DNA of 25,781 nucleotides from Myxococcota bacterium (GCA_040260805.1 JBDQPD010000044.1:1-25781); one strand, 5' to 3'. Positions 8,474-17,171 are shown, numbered from the stretch's first letter. Numbers and translations are program-made. Notes: generated by a model not told the origin, from the sequence alone.

Positions 8474-10946
8474 GCCTATTTTGGCTTCGGTTCTGTGTTT
8501 GCTTGGGGCGTCCGCCCTGGCTCAGCTCCCCGCGACTTCTGATAAGTCCAGCGCCGCTGTTGAGGCGGCCGTCGACGAGCCGGAAGACGCTGAGAAGGAA
8601 GCGCTTAGCGCACAAGAAATCTTTCGCCGCTTCGCCCCGCGCTTGCTGTTTTTGAAGCCTGACTATGCCGAGGACCTCAAGCTGCCTGAGGACCTACGCG
8701 TCGAAGTACAACTCGTGATCAAAAACGCGCTCAAACAAGAGGGCTCTTTTCGTGTTCGCACCATGGGTGATCTTGAGCTCGATGATGAACAACTCTTCAT
8801 GGAAGCTAAAGACTGCAGTGACGATGCCTGCTTGTATCGAGCGCTGAATCAAACCGCTGTCGGTCAATTTTTGCGTACACGCGTGGTGGCGGCGCCGAAT
8901 AAGGGCTTGCGCGTGATGATCACCGGTCACCGTGTGGACCAGCAAAAGAGCTATCGAGCGGTCGACTTTGTGGTGCGCGCTGATCCTGTGATCGGCGCCG
9001 TGGGGGAGGTGTTGCTTCGGCGTTTGCGTCGCGAGTCGCGTCTGGCAATTTATGCGCTTCCGCCGGCGCCCATGGTCAACGGCACCCCGCCTCCGTTTAA
9101 CGCATCGATCACCATTATGGCGCCGACCGGCGCGTCGATAAAGGTGAACAATGAAGCCGCAGGTGAAGTGATCGAGTTGGATCTGTTTCGCCTTGAGCGT
9201 AACGGCGGCAAGCGCTTTAACGTTGAGGTGTCCTTACCCGGGCATCAACCGGCAAAGGCATCGGTGGACCTGGCACCGGGCCAAGCTGCTTTTGTTGAGC
9301 TCACGCCGAAGCGATCTGAAGAGACGAAGAAGGTCACTGCAGAAGCGGTCCAAAAGGGTCCCCGTTTTGCCAGCGTTACGGTCAAGATGAAGGTTAAGTC
9401 AGGCGCTGATGTCTACCTTGACGGGCGCTGGATTGGCGAGAATCCGCTGACCTACAATCGCTGCCCTGCCGGGCCTCACAAGGTCGTGATTCGCCACCCG
9501 CTCTACTATCGTCTCTGGCGTCAGATCACCTGTGTTCCGGGAGGCTCGATCAAGCTCGAAGCAGAAATGTTGCCTCGCTACGGTAAGGTCTCGGTGACCA
9601 GCTCGGTTAAAGGAGCCGGCGTACTGCTTGATGGCGACCCTGTGGGGCGTACTCCCTTACTGATTGATGAGGTTCCAAGCGGGAAACACACCGTCCAAAT
9701 TTTGGATGAGACCTGGCAGTCAAAGCCGGTGAAATTTAAGCTGGTAGAACACCGGACAGCGAGCTTTAAATTGCCGGTTCGTAAGCGTTTTGGTGAGGTT
9801 TTAATCGTCGGAACGACTGAGGGATTAACGGCCTCAGCCAAAGGTCGTAAGGTCCGGGTTAAGAGCGGTCAATCCGTCCTCAAGATTCCACCGGGCAAAG
9901 CGAAGATCACCTGCCAAGCACCGTTTCACCGCACGGTGCGTCAGTTTGTCTCGGTTCGACGTGGGCGAAAGGTCACCATCAAGTGCCAACTCGAGGCGGT
10001 CTCTGCGCGTCTTGTGGTCACTGATGGAGGGCAGCCAGGCCGCTTGATGATCGATGGAAAAGCCGTCGCTCGTGTGCCCGCCGAAGTGGCGATTGAGCCG
10101 GGAGATCACCAGGTGGTGATCGAGCCGGATAGCCAGTCGTACGAGCCTTATAAAACCACCATCACCGTCGCCAATAAAGGCGTCGCTCGAGTCAACCCGA
10201 CCTATTCAGCGATGGTCGGCGGCTTGGAGGTCAATTCAGAGCCTGTGGGTTCCACGGTCTTTCTCGATGGTCGGCCGATTGGTGAAACCCCTTTGCTCCG
10301 TAAGGATCTCGCGGTCGGGATCTATTCGCTAGAGATCCGAAAGAAGGGATTTAATCCCTACGGCCGACGAGTGGTGATTGCGATGGATGAGCTTGAACGA
10401 GTTCGGGGCGCGGCGCTGACTCGGCGAGGTCAGCTCAAGGTGTCTACGGCGGTCCCCGGGGCAACGATTGTTGTCGGCGGTGTGCCGATGGGGGTGACCC
10501 CAGCGTTGATCGATGATCTCCCTCAAGGGTTGTATGAGATGCGGGCTGAGCGAGAAGGCTTCGCCGCCCGTGTGCTCGAAGTCGAAGTGCGTAACGGGCA
10601 GGACGCAAGCGTGACCTTTCGGCGTTTGGTTCCTTTGAGCTTGGTCAACGCCCGATTTTACGACCGTGTTCCGGTCGGGCGTTATCTCTTCTTTGGTGGG
10701 CTCTCAGCGCTCGGGCTGGGCGTCGCTGCTCGGTATTCGGGTGCCGCGATGACTGAATCAGCGGTGGCCACCTACGAGTTGGCGAACCGCAAAAGAAGCG
10801 TCGATGGTGCGCTGACGCAGATGCAAAGTGGACGAGATCAAGCGAACCGGGGGCAGTGGTTAGAAGGCAGCGGTTATGCGCTCGTAGGGGTTGGCGCCTC
10901 GGCTTTATCATGGTTTACGCTTCAGTTTCCTTGGGGCGATTTATGA
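8463..10946 (+). CDS. Multi-PEGA-domain secreted/membrane protein
   Basis: Signal peptide; N-domain with CSDDAC; repeated PEGA units (GADVYLDGRWIGENP, GAGVLLDGDPVGRTPL, SEPVGSTVFLDGRPIGETPL, PGATIVVGGVPMGVTP); two Gly-rich hydrophobic helices at the C-terminus. The TTG start overlaps the previous gene. Confidence 0.88.
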   Translation: MRAEPILASVLCLLGASALAQLPATSDKSSAAVEAAVDEPEDAEKEALSAQEIFRRFAPRLLFLKPDYAEDLKLPEDLRVEVQLVIKNALKQEGSFRVRTMGDLELDDEQLFMEAKDCSDDACLYRALNQTAVGQFLRTRVVAAPNKGLRVMITGHRVDQQKSYRAVDFVVRADPVIGAVGEVLLRRLRRESRLAIYALPPAPMVNGTPPPFNASITIMAPTGASIKVNNEAAGEVIELDLFRLERNGGKRFNVEVSLPGHQPAKASVDLAPGQAAFVELTPKRSEETKKVTAEAVQKGPRFASVTVKMKVKSGADVYLDGRWIGENPLTYNRCPAGPHKVVIRHPLYYRLWRQITCVPGGSIKLEAEMLPRYGKVSVTSSVKGAGVLLDGDPVGRTPLLIDEVPSGKHTVQILDETWQSKPVKFKLVEHRTASFKLPVRKRFGEVLIVGTTEGLTASAKGRKVRVKSGQSVLKIPPGKAKITCQAPFHRTVRQFVSVRRGRKVTIKCQLEAVSARLVVTDGGQPGRLMIDGKAVARVPAEVAIEPGDHQVVIEPDSQSYEPYKTTITVANKGVARVNPTYSAMVGGLEVNSEPVGSTVFLDGRPIGETPLLRKDLAVGIYSLEIRKKGFNPYGRRVVIAMDELERVRGAALTRRGQLKVSTAVPGATIVVGGVPMGVTPALIDDLPQGLYEMRAEREGFAARVLEVEVRNGQDASVTFRRLVPLSLVNARFYDRVPVGRYLFFGGLSALGLGVAARYSGAAMTESAVATYELANRKRSVDGALTQMQSGRDQANRGQWLEGSGYALVGVGASALSWFTLQFPWGDL

Positions 10947-12733
10947 GGTGGCTTAGGTATCTTCCCATTGTGCTGGTCTGGCTCCAGTGCACGCCCATTC
11001 CTGCCATGCCGAGCTGCAATCTCGACGGCGTCGTTGATGAGGGCGAAGAATGCGACGACGGCAACCCTGACCCGGCTGATGCGTGCACCAATCTGTGCCG
11101 TTTAGCGCGTTGTGGTGACGATGTTTTGCGCATCGATTTAGACCCTGGCGCCGCAGATTATGAAGCGTGCGAGCCGACCTTGGACAGCGACTGCAGTTTG
11201 CGTTGCTCTTATGATCGCTGCGGCGACGGCGTTAAAGATTCCCAAGAGGAATGCGACGACGCCAACACCAACGACGCTGACGCTTGTCGTTCGACCTGTG
11301 AGAAGGCCGCTTGCGGCGATGGGATTACGCGCATGGATTTGCAGCCGGGTGAAGACGGCTACGAAAGCTGTGATGACCAGAATGATAATCAAGAAGACGG
11401 CTGCACGACCGCGTGTGGATCGCATCGCTGTGGCGACTCGATCTTACGCTTAGATCGTCAGCCCGGCAGCCAAGCGCTCTGCGCTGAGACGGTTGACTGT
11501 GAGGGGCAAGAGGTCTGTCGCGACGGACGATGCTTGGATCCGCTTTACGAGGCTTGCGATGACGGCAACGCGGAGCCGACCGACGGCTGCAGCTCTGATT
11601 GCCTGAGCGCTCGTTGCGGTGACGGTGTGCTCCGAGCTGACGTCGAAATCGGTAGCGAGACCGTGTGCCGCCCGGGCGGCGATGATTGTCCCGATAACGA
11701 GCGCTGCGTTTTGGGGCGCTGCGCTCACGTCGCCTATGAGTTCTGCGACGACGGTGAGGCGAGCAACGCGGACGAATGCGTCGAGGGCTGTGTCTTAAAC
11801 CGCTGCGGTGATGGGTTCTTGCGCGAAGGCTTGAACCCCGGCGACGAGGGTTATGAAGCCTGTGATGACGGCAACACGGATGATGGGGACTATTGTTCTG
11901 CCGACTGTCAGCAGGTGACGTCACAATGCGGTGATGGGGTGGTCGTGTATCCGGCCGAACGCTGCGATGATGGCAACACCCTAGACCTCGATGATTGCAG
12001 CGCCGATTGCCTTGAGGATCTTTTGCCGGTCGAGATTCCGCAAGGATGCTTCGCACGCGGGCTAGATGGCTCTGCAGATTACGGTCCCGCCCATCAGACT
12101 TGCATCACGGGCTTTATGCTCGATCGCAAAGAGGTCACCGTGGGTCGGTATCGACAGTTCCTCGAGTTTCATCCGGATCACAGCCGCCCAGAGGGTTGGA
12201 TTGAAGCGCTTGAAGAGGGGCAGCGATTTCAAGGTGACGAGCTCAAGCCAATCACCCACGTGACCAGAGACGACGCGCTCGCGTACTGCGGCTGGCTTGA
12301 CAAAACCTTACCCACTGAAGCCCAGTGGGAGTTTGCTGCGCGCGGGCCTGACGCCCATCCCTATCCGTGGGGGGCGTCGCCGACACCTAGCTGTGGTTAT
12401 GCTGTGCGCCAGCTGGTCAACAGCGATCGTGACCCTGATCTGTGCGCCCGGGGCGGTGAATGGAAACCACCTTGCTCAGCGAGCGATGGAAACAACGCTC
12501 AAGGGGTGTGCGATCTGATCGGCAATGTGCGCGAGTGGACACTCGATGGCTATCGATATCAAGTCTACGAAAGTCAGGTCGCTGAGGGGCTACCACTCAA
12601 TGATCCGTTCATTCCTTTCGAAGAGGGAATGGCGAGCACATTGCGAGGTGACTTCGGGCCAGCCTATATTCGAGCTAACGGACGCAGAGCGAGCTCGAGC
12701 ATCGGCTTTCGCTGCGCTCAGCCGATGCCCTAA
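10943..12733 (+). CDS. Putative lipoprotein with myxobacterial Cys-rich repeats (DUF4215-like) and a C-terminal FGE-sulfatase (SUMF1/C-type lectin fold) domain
   Basis: ATGA overlap with the PEGA stop. MRWLRYLPIVLVWLQC leader (non-canonical lipobox), repeated CGDG...E-CDDGN, then FMLDRKEVT, LPTEAQWEFAARG, YPWG, DLIGNVREW and IGFRC. Confidence 0.88.
   Translation: MRWLRYLPIVLVWLQCTPIPAMPSCNLDGVVDEGEECDDGNPDPADACTNLCRLARCGDDVLRIDLDPGAADYEACEPTLDSDCSLRCSYDRCGDGVKDSQEECDDANTNDADACRSTCEKAACGDGITRMDLQPGEDGYESCDDQNDNQEDGCTTACGSHRCGDSILRLDRQPGSQALCAETVDCEGQEVCRDGRCLDPLYEACDDGNAEPTDGCSSDCLSARCGDGVLRADVEIGSETVCRPGGDDCPDNERCVLGRCAHVAYEFCDDGEASNADECVEGCVLNRCGDGFLREGLNPGDEGYEACDDGNTDDGDYCSADCQQVTSQCGDGVVVYPAERCDDGNTLDLDDCSADCLEDLLPVEIPQGCFARGLDGSADYGPAHQTCITGFMLDRKEVTVGRYRQFLEFHPDHSRPEGWIEALEEGQRFQGDELKPITHVTRDDALAYCGWLDKTLPTEAQWEFAARGPDAHPYPWGASPTPSCGYAVRQLVNSDRDPDLCARGGEWKPPCSASDGNNAQGVCDLIGNVREWTLDGYRYQVYESQVAEGLPLNDPFIPFEEGMASTLRGDFGPAYIRANGRRASSSIGFRCAQPMP
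11015..12010 (+). repeat. Tandem protein-level Cys repeats (CGDG...CDDGN...C...C)
   Basis: About 8 degenerate units are visible in the translation. They are diverged at DNA level. Confidence 0.85.
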
Positions 12734-12753
12734 GTTCATCACCCTGCTGCCTT

Positions 12754-14193
12754 CTAGTCTCTCGTATGCCCATCAAACTGAACGTATTTGTACTCGATTG
12801 GGTTGCCGTTGATGCCCCGCCGAGGCGGTGCGATCCAGTTGGCAAACTGACCCGGCTCCGTGACTTGGACCATGACGCTTTTCACGTAGCTGCGGTCTTC
12901 GTCTGAGCCTAGCCATTCACTTTGACTCGCTGCAAAGGTCGCTTCGTCAATCAACTCACCAGCGGGGTTGAAGAAGTGACCTGCATACTCGCCCTGGTGT
13001 CGATGAAACTTGCGGTCAGGGAGCGTGAACTCAAAAGCCAAGCCGGCTTTCTTGCAGGTGCGATTCCATGACCTCAAAGCGGTCTCACAGTCTGCGATGT
13101 ACTCGTCGCGCAGGACCTCGTTCATCGCATTGCGCAAGGGCACCTCTTCGGTGGCGACTGCGCCATCTCGAACCACGTTCATCATCTTTGAGCCCTCAAG
13201 CCCGACGTGGTCATCCCAGCGACGCTGCTCTTGGAACCGCCCCTTCAAGCTGTTGGCGAAAAAGGTCGCGCCGTTGCTCGAGACCTCAGACCCGAACAGG
13301 TCAAGGCTCAAGCTGTACCAGCGGTTGATGTAGCGTTGGATGATTCCAAGAGGGATGGCGCCATCGTTGGTGACGTCGTAATCGATGTCACCCTTCATCA
13401 ACTCGCAGCTGCGCTGGATCACGCGCTCAACGCCGGTTTGCCCTACAAACAGATGATGCGCCTCTTCGGTCAGCATAAAGCGAGTGGTCGCTGCTAGCGG
13501 AGTAAAAGCGCTCTCGGCAAGCGCACCGAGCTGATACTTTCCATCTCGATCAGTGAACATCGCGAAGCAAAAGAAGCTCAACCAGTCATCGATCGGCTCG
13601 TTGAACACGTTGAGGATGCGCGGTTTGTCTGGATTCCCCGAGCGACGCTCCAGCAGCTCTTCGGCTTCTTCGCGACCATCACGACCGAAATAAGAATGCA
13701 GCAGGTAGACCATTGCCCAGAGATGCCGGCCTTCCTCAACGTTGATCTGAAACAGGTTGCGTAAGTCGTAGAGCGAAGGAGCGGTCTTACCCAGTAAGCG
13801 CTGCTGCTCGACGGAGGCAGGCTCTGTGTCCGCTTGCGTCACCACGATCCGCCTCAGGGCGTTGCGGTATTCACCCGGAACTTGATCCCAAGCGTTCTTG
13901 CCGTAGTGATCGCCAAAGCCGATTTTGCGGTCTTCTTCGGTGGGATTCAAGAAAATGCCCCAGCGGTAGTCAGGCATTTTGACATAGTCAAAGTGGGCCC
14001 AGCCGGACTTCTCAACGCTCACCGCCGTGCGCAGGTAGATGCTGTCTTCTTGGAACCCCTCGGGCCCCATGGTCCGCCACCAGTCGATGTAATTGGGCAG
14101 CCAGCGCTCAAGAGCGCGCTGCAAGCGGCGGTCTGAGGAGAGACCAACGTTGTTGGGAATACGTGCTTGGTAATCAACAGAGGTGGCGACCAT
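12754..14193 (-). CDS. boxB: Benzoyl-CoA 2,3-epoxidase diiron subunit BoxB
   Basis: IPNNVGLSSDRRLQRALE, WWRTMGPEGFQ, YVKMPDYRWGIF, QADTEPASVEQQR, EEGRHLWAMVYLL, FTDRDGKYQL, MLTEEAHH and NWIAPPRRGIN are BoxB hallmarks, including two ExxH iron-ligand motifs. Confidence 0.96.
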   Translation of the reverse strand: MVATSVDYQARIPNNVGLSSDRRLQRALERWLPNYIDWWRTMGPEGFQEDSIYLRTAVSVEKSGWAHFDYVKMPDYRWGIFLNPTEEDRKIGFGDHYGKNAWDQVPGEYRNALRRIVVTQADTEPASVEQQRLLGKTAPSLYDLRNLFQINVEEGRHLWAMVYLLHSYFGRDGREEAEELLERRSGNPDKPRILNVFNEPIDDWLSFFCFAMFTDRDGKYQLGALAESAFTPLAATTRFMLTEEAHHLFVGQTGVERVIQRSCELMKGDIDYDVTNDGAIPLGIIQRYINRWYSLSLDLFGSEVSSNGATFFANSLKGRFQEQRRWDDHVGLEGSKMMNVVRDGAVATEEVPLRNAMNEVLRDEYIADCETALRSWNRTCKKAGLAFEFTLPDRKFHRHQGEYAGHFFNPAGELIDEATFAASQSEWLGSDEDRSYVKSVMVQVTEPGQFANWIAPPRRGINGNPIEYKYVQFDGHTRD

Positions 14194-15836
14194 CAGGTTC
14201 TTCTCCAGTCAAATTGGGGGGTAGTCGGTTCGCCGAAGCTCTGAAGAGCTCCCGTTTCTCCGACCGCATTGGGGCGTTGAAAGATCCAGTTTTGCCAAGC
14301 TGATAAGCGACCAAAGACTTTGGTCTCCACCGTCTCAGCGCCTGCAAAGCGTAGGTTCGCTTCCATGCCGGTCAGAGCGTCTGGAGATAAACTCGCTCGC
14401 TCTTCAATCGCAGGACGTACCTCATCGGGGTAGTCGATGTCATCAAGCGCGAAGGTCACCAGGCCGGCGTCCTCCGCTTCGGTCCCGTAATACCGACCCA
14501 GGCCAGCAGCGATCGCTTCACCTGCCTCCGGGTCGTGCAAGAAGCGCGAGCCGATCCGAGTCAGCCCATTCGACATCAAGAGGCTGCCGCTTGAAAGCGC
14601 CCCGATCGCGACGCCGTTTTGGCCTTCTTCGTCTTCTAATAGGTAGCTTCGATCCGCTGCAAGTCCGAGCTCGAGAAGGCTCCCAGCGAAGCAGCTGCCC
14701 TCTTCCATCAGCGCATAAAATGAGCGCGCCGTTAGGTCCAGGCGACGCAACACAAAACCCATGTACAACACGATCTCTTTGACGAGCCAGTCCGTACCTT
14801 TGAGCTCGGATAACTTGGCGTCCATCGCCAAAGAGGAGTCCATATCCCCCGAGGTTTTGAGCATTACGGTGCCCACTTCGATGTGATTGAAGCGCAAGAA
14901 AAGCAGCGCCTCGTTAAGTTCTCGATAAGCCTTGAGCGCCCAGAACCGGTCGCCTTGAGCGAGGATGTCCGAGGCGGTCAGAGCGCTGATCTGCTCGGCA
15001 GATTCTTTGGGGGCACGCATGGTTAGAGTCGCCAGGCGTTGGTCGGCTTCGAACTCGAGGTCGACGTACTCAAAGTGGTAGCCTGTATCGGTTGATTCAA
15101 AGCTGAGCTCCGTGAGCGAGATTCCTTGCTCCGAGCCGGTCGCTGACCCGGCTGCGGCTTGTGCTTGCTCTTGGATCCTGCTCTCGAACTGTGAGAGCGG
15201 GACCGCCTCATCAACAAGACGCCAAGACTGTGCTCGTTTACCTCGGACACCATCAGCCAGCGTTGAGAACACATCAGCGTGGTCGCGCCTGACCTTGCGC
15301 TTGTCCACCACGCGCGTCAGCCCGCCAGTCCCTGGGAGCACGCCCAGGAGAGGAACCTCAGGCAGGCTCACTGCGGATCGGCCATCGTCTGCGAGGAGGA
15401 TCTCGTTTGCGCACGCTGCCAGCTCATAGCCGCCTCCCGCGCAAACACCTCGGACCGCAGCGATCCAGTGCTGTCCAGAGTGCTTCTGAGCGTCCTCGAT
15501 GGCGAAGCGGGTCTCGTTGGTGAACTTACAGAAGTTGACTTTGAAGTGGTGAGCCGACGAGCGCAGCATCAAGATGTTGGCGCCAGCGCACCACACCTTT
15601 TCGTCATCTGCTCGAAGCACCACCGCCTTCACTCCGGGATGCTCAAAGCGCAGGCGCATCAAAAGGTCGGCGAGCTCGATGTCGACCCCGAGGTCATACG
15701 AGTTGAGTTTGAGTTCGTAGCCCTCATTGAGCGGCCGCTCTGGGTTGACCCCCATGGTGACCGTAGCGATCGCGCCGTCGACGTCTAGCGTCCAATGGTT
15801 GTAGGTGCTCGGGTGGCGCTGAAAAGTAACCGACAT
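14193..15836 (-). CDS. boxC: 2,3-epoxybenzoyl-CoA dihydrolase BoxC (double crotonase fold)
   Basis: LKLNSYDLGVDIELAD, HHFKVNFCKFTNETR, LPEVPLLGVLPGTGGLTR, DALTGMEANLRF and FGRLSAWQNWIFQRPNAVG. AAGGAG SD precedes ATG 15836. TGATG coupling to boxB. Confidence 0.96.
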   Translation of the reverse strand: MSVTFQRHPSTYNHWTLDVDGAIATVTMGVNPERPLNEGYELKLNSYDLGVDIELADLLMRLRFEHPGVKAVVLRADDEKVWCAGANILMLRSSAHHFKVNFCKFTNETRFAIEDAQKHSGQHWIAAVRGVCAGGGYELAACANEILLADDGRSAVSLPEVPLLGVLPGTGGLTRVVDKRKVRRDHADVFSTLADGVRGKRAQSWRLVDEAVPLSQFESRIQEQAQAAAGSATGSEQGISLTELSFESTDTGYHFEYVDLEFEADQRLATLTMRAPKESAEQISALTASDILAQGDRFWALKAYRELNEALLFLRFNHIEVGTVMLKTSGDMDSSLAMDAKLSELKGTDWLVKEIVLYMGFVLRRLDLTARSFYALMEEGSCFAGSLLELGLAADRSYLLEDEEGQNGVAIGALSSGSLLMSNGLTRIGSRFLHDPEAGEAIAAGLGRYYGTEAEDAGLVTFALDDIDYPDEVRPAIEERASLSPDALTGMEANLRFAGAETVETKVFGRLSAWQNWIFQRPNAVGETGALQSFGEPTTPQFDWRRT

Positions 15837-15892
15837 ACCGGGTTCACTCCTTTGAGGATCATGATGATGCTCGACACCGAACCAACCATCAA

Positions 15893-15957
15893 GCATTATG
15901 CGGCGCATTCAAAATCTGCATAGTGGGCATTATAGTGCATAGCCGAATGGATATCGA
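15893..15957. promoter_or_regulatory. Divergent boxC/boxR control region: overlapping sigma70-like promoters and a TGCA-type operator
   Basis: Plus strand: TTCAAA(15908-13)-17-TATAGT(15931-36). Minus strand: TCGATA(15957-52)-17-TATAAT(15934-29). Near-palindrome GGCA-TTATAG-TGCA at 15926-15939 and a further TGCA at 15917. Confidence 0.65.
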
Positions 15958-16804
15958 CACGCTTGGTTTGCGCGTTCGTCGTTTGCGTCAAGAGCGGGGC
16001 TGGTCGGTTCTTGCGCTAGCGGCTAGCGCTTCGTTGTCCTCTCGTTACATCACCGAGGTTGAAGCTGGTCGGGCGAACCCAAGCCTTAAAGCCCTCGATC
16101 AACTCGCAGAGGCTTTTGGTCTGACCTTAGTCCAGCTTTTACCTAAAGTTCGCGCCGCGGGACCTCGTCAGCGGATCGAGCGCTTGCTGGAGCGTCGCTC
16201 GTTTGATGAGCTCAGCGACCTCGCACGTGAGTTAGAGCTTCGGTTCGAGCAGCGCCAGCGACGTGTGATCACCTTACTCGGGATTCGAGGTGCCGGTAAA
16301 AGCACTCTGGGCCGAGAGCTCGCAGAGCGCCTAGCGATGCCCTTTGTCGAGCTTGATGATCTGGTCGCTGCCCAGGCTGGTTTACCGCTCGCAGAGCTCA
16401 TCTCCCTGTACGGTGAGAGTTATTACCGCCAGATCGAGCTGCGCTGTTTGGGCGATATTTTAGCCCAAGATAAGCCCTTGGTGGTGGCGACTGGCGGTGG
16501 CGTCGTTGAGAACTTACAGAGCTTTGATTTGCTGCTGCGCTGTGCCCTGAATATTTATCTAAGCGCCGAAGCCGAGACCTTGTGGGCGCGGGTGCTCGAA
16601 CAAGGAGACCGACGCCCCATGGCGGGTAGAGACACCGCTCTGGCTCAGCTGCGATTGCTGATTGTTCGGCGCGAGCACTTGTACGCCAAGGCGCAGCTGC
16701 GCGTAGAGACCGACGGCAGGATTCCGTCTCGTCTAGTGTCGAATTTGGTCGAAGATATTCAGTTGCTGCGCGCTGATCACGCACAGCTTCGTCAGGGTTC
16801 TTAG
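15947..16804 (+). CDS. boxR: BzdR/BoxR-type regulator (XRE HTH + shikimate-kinase-like benzoyl-CoA sensor)
   Basis: LGLRVRRLRQERGWS...SSRYITEVEAGRANPS HTH; ITLLGIRGAGKSTLG P-loop; FVELD, VVATGGG, RVLEQGDRRPM. Divergent from boxC. Confidence 0.9.
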   Translation: MDIDTLGLRVRRLRQERGWSVLALAASASLSSRYITEVEAGRANPSLKALDQLAEAFGLTLVQLLPKVRAAGPRQRIERLLERRSFDELSDLARELELRFEQRQRRVITLLGIRGAGKSTLGRELAERLAMPFVELDDLVAAQAGLPLAELISLYGESYYRQIELRCLGDILAQDKPLVVATGGGVVENLQSFDLLLRCALNIYLSAEAETLWARVLEQGDRRPMAGRDTALAQLRLLIVRREHLYAKAQLRVETDGRIPSRLVSNLVEDIQLLRADHAQLRQGS

Positions 16805-16826
16805 ATCCAGTTTAGCTCAAACGGTG

Positions 16827-17132
16827 CTATTGGTTGCGTAGCTCAGAGCGAAGGAGGTCACTTGCCTTAAAGTGGACCGTCTTGCGCGCCTCGATATGCA
16901 CTGGTTTACCGCCGCCTTTGGTGAGATTAAAGCCGTAGCTTATGCGGGGTTTTTGAGTGCGTACCTGAAACGTACCAAAGCCATTGATTCGCACAGTGCT
17001 TCCGTCGCCGCCTTGGATCATTCCATCGGCTAAGCCCTTAAACACCGCGTCGACCACGTCGCCAGCTAAGCGCTGGCTAACTTTCCCTTCGAGTTCATTC
17101 GTAACAAAGCGAATTAGAGCGGTTTTGTTCAT
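16827..17132 (-). CDS. HU/IHF-family DNA-binding protein (divergent)
   Basis: MNKTALI...VDAVF...VRINGFGTFQVR...RKTVHFKASDLLR. AGGAG SD precedes ATG 17132. Confidence 0.9.
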   Translation of the reverse strand: MNKTALIRFVTNELEGKVSQRLAGDVVDAVFKGLADGMIQGGDGSTVRINGFGTFQVRTQKPRISYGFNLTKGGGKPVHIEARKTVHFKASDLLRSELRNQ

Positions 17133-17171
17133 CGCTTTCTCCTGTCCTTTCGTTAATGAACAATTAGTCAT

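Noticed and set aside
11015..12010. Recurrent tgcggcgacgg / tgcgacgacggcaac DNA motifs as a CRISPR or DNA repeat
   Set aside because: They are degenerate, in frame, and explained by CGDG/CDDGN protein repeats.
12600..12760. Diversity-generating retroelement targeting the FGE/CLec domain
   Set aside because: I saw no reverse transcriptase and no second copy (template repeat) of this region in the window. A trans-acting DGR cannot be excluded.
15947..16804. Shikimate kinase aroK
   Set aside because: The N-terminal XRE HTH and the position divergent from boxC indicate a BzdR/BoxR regulator.
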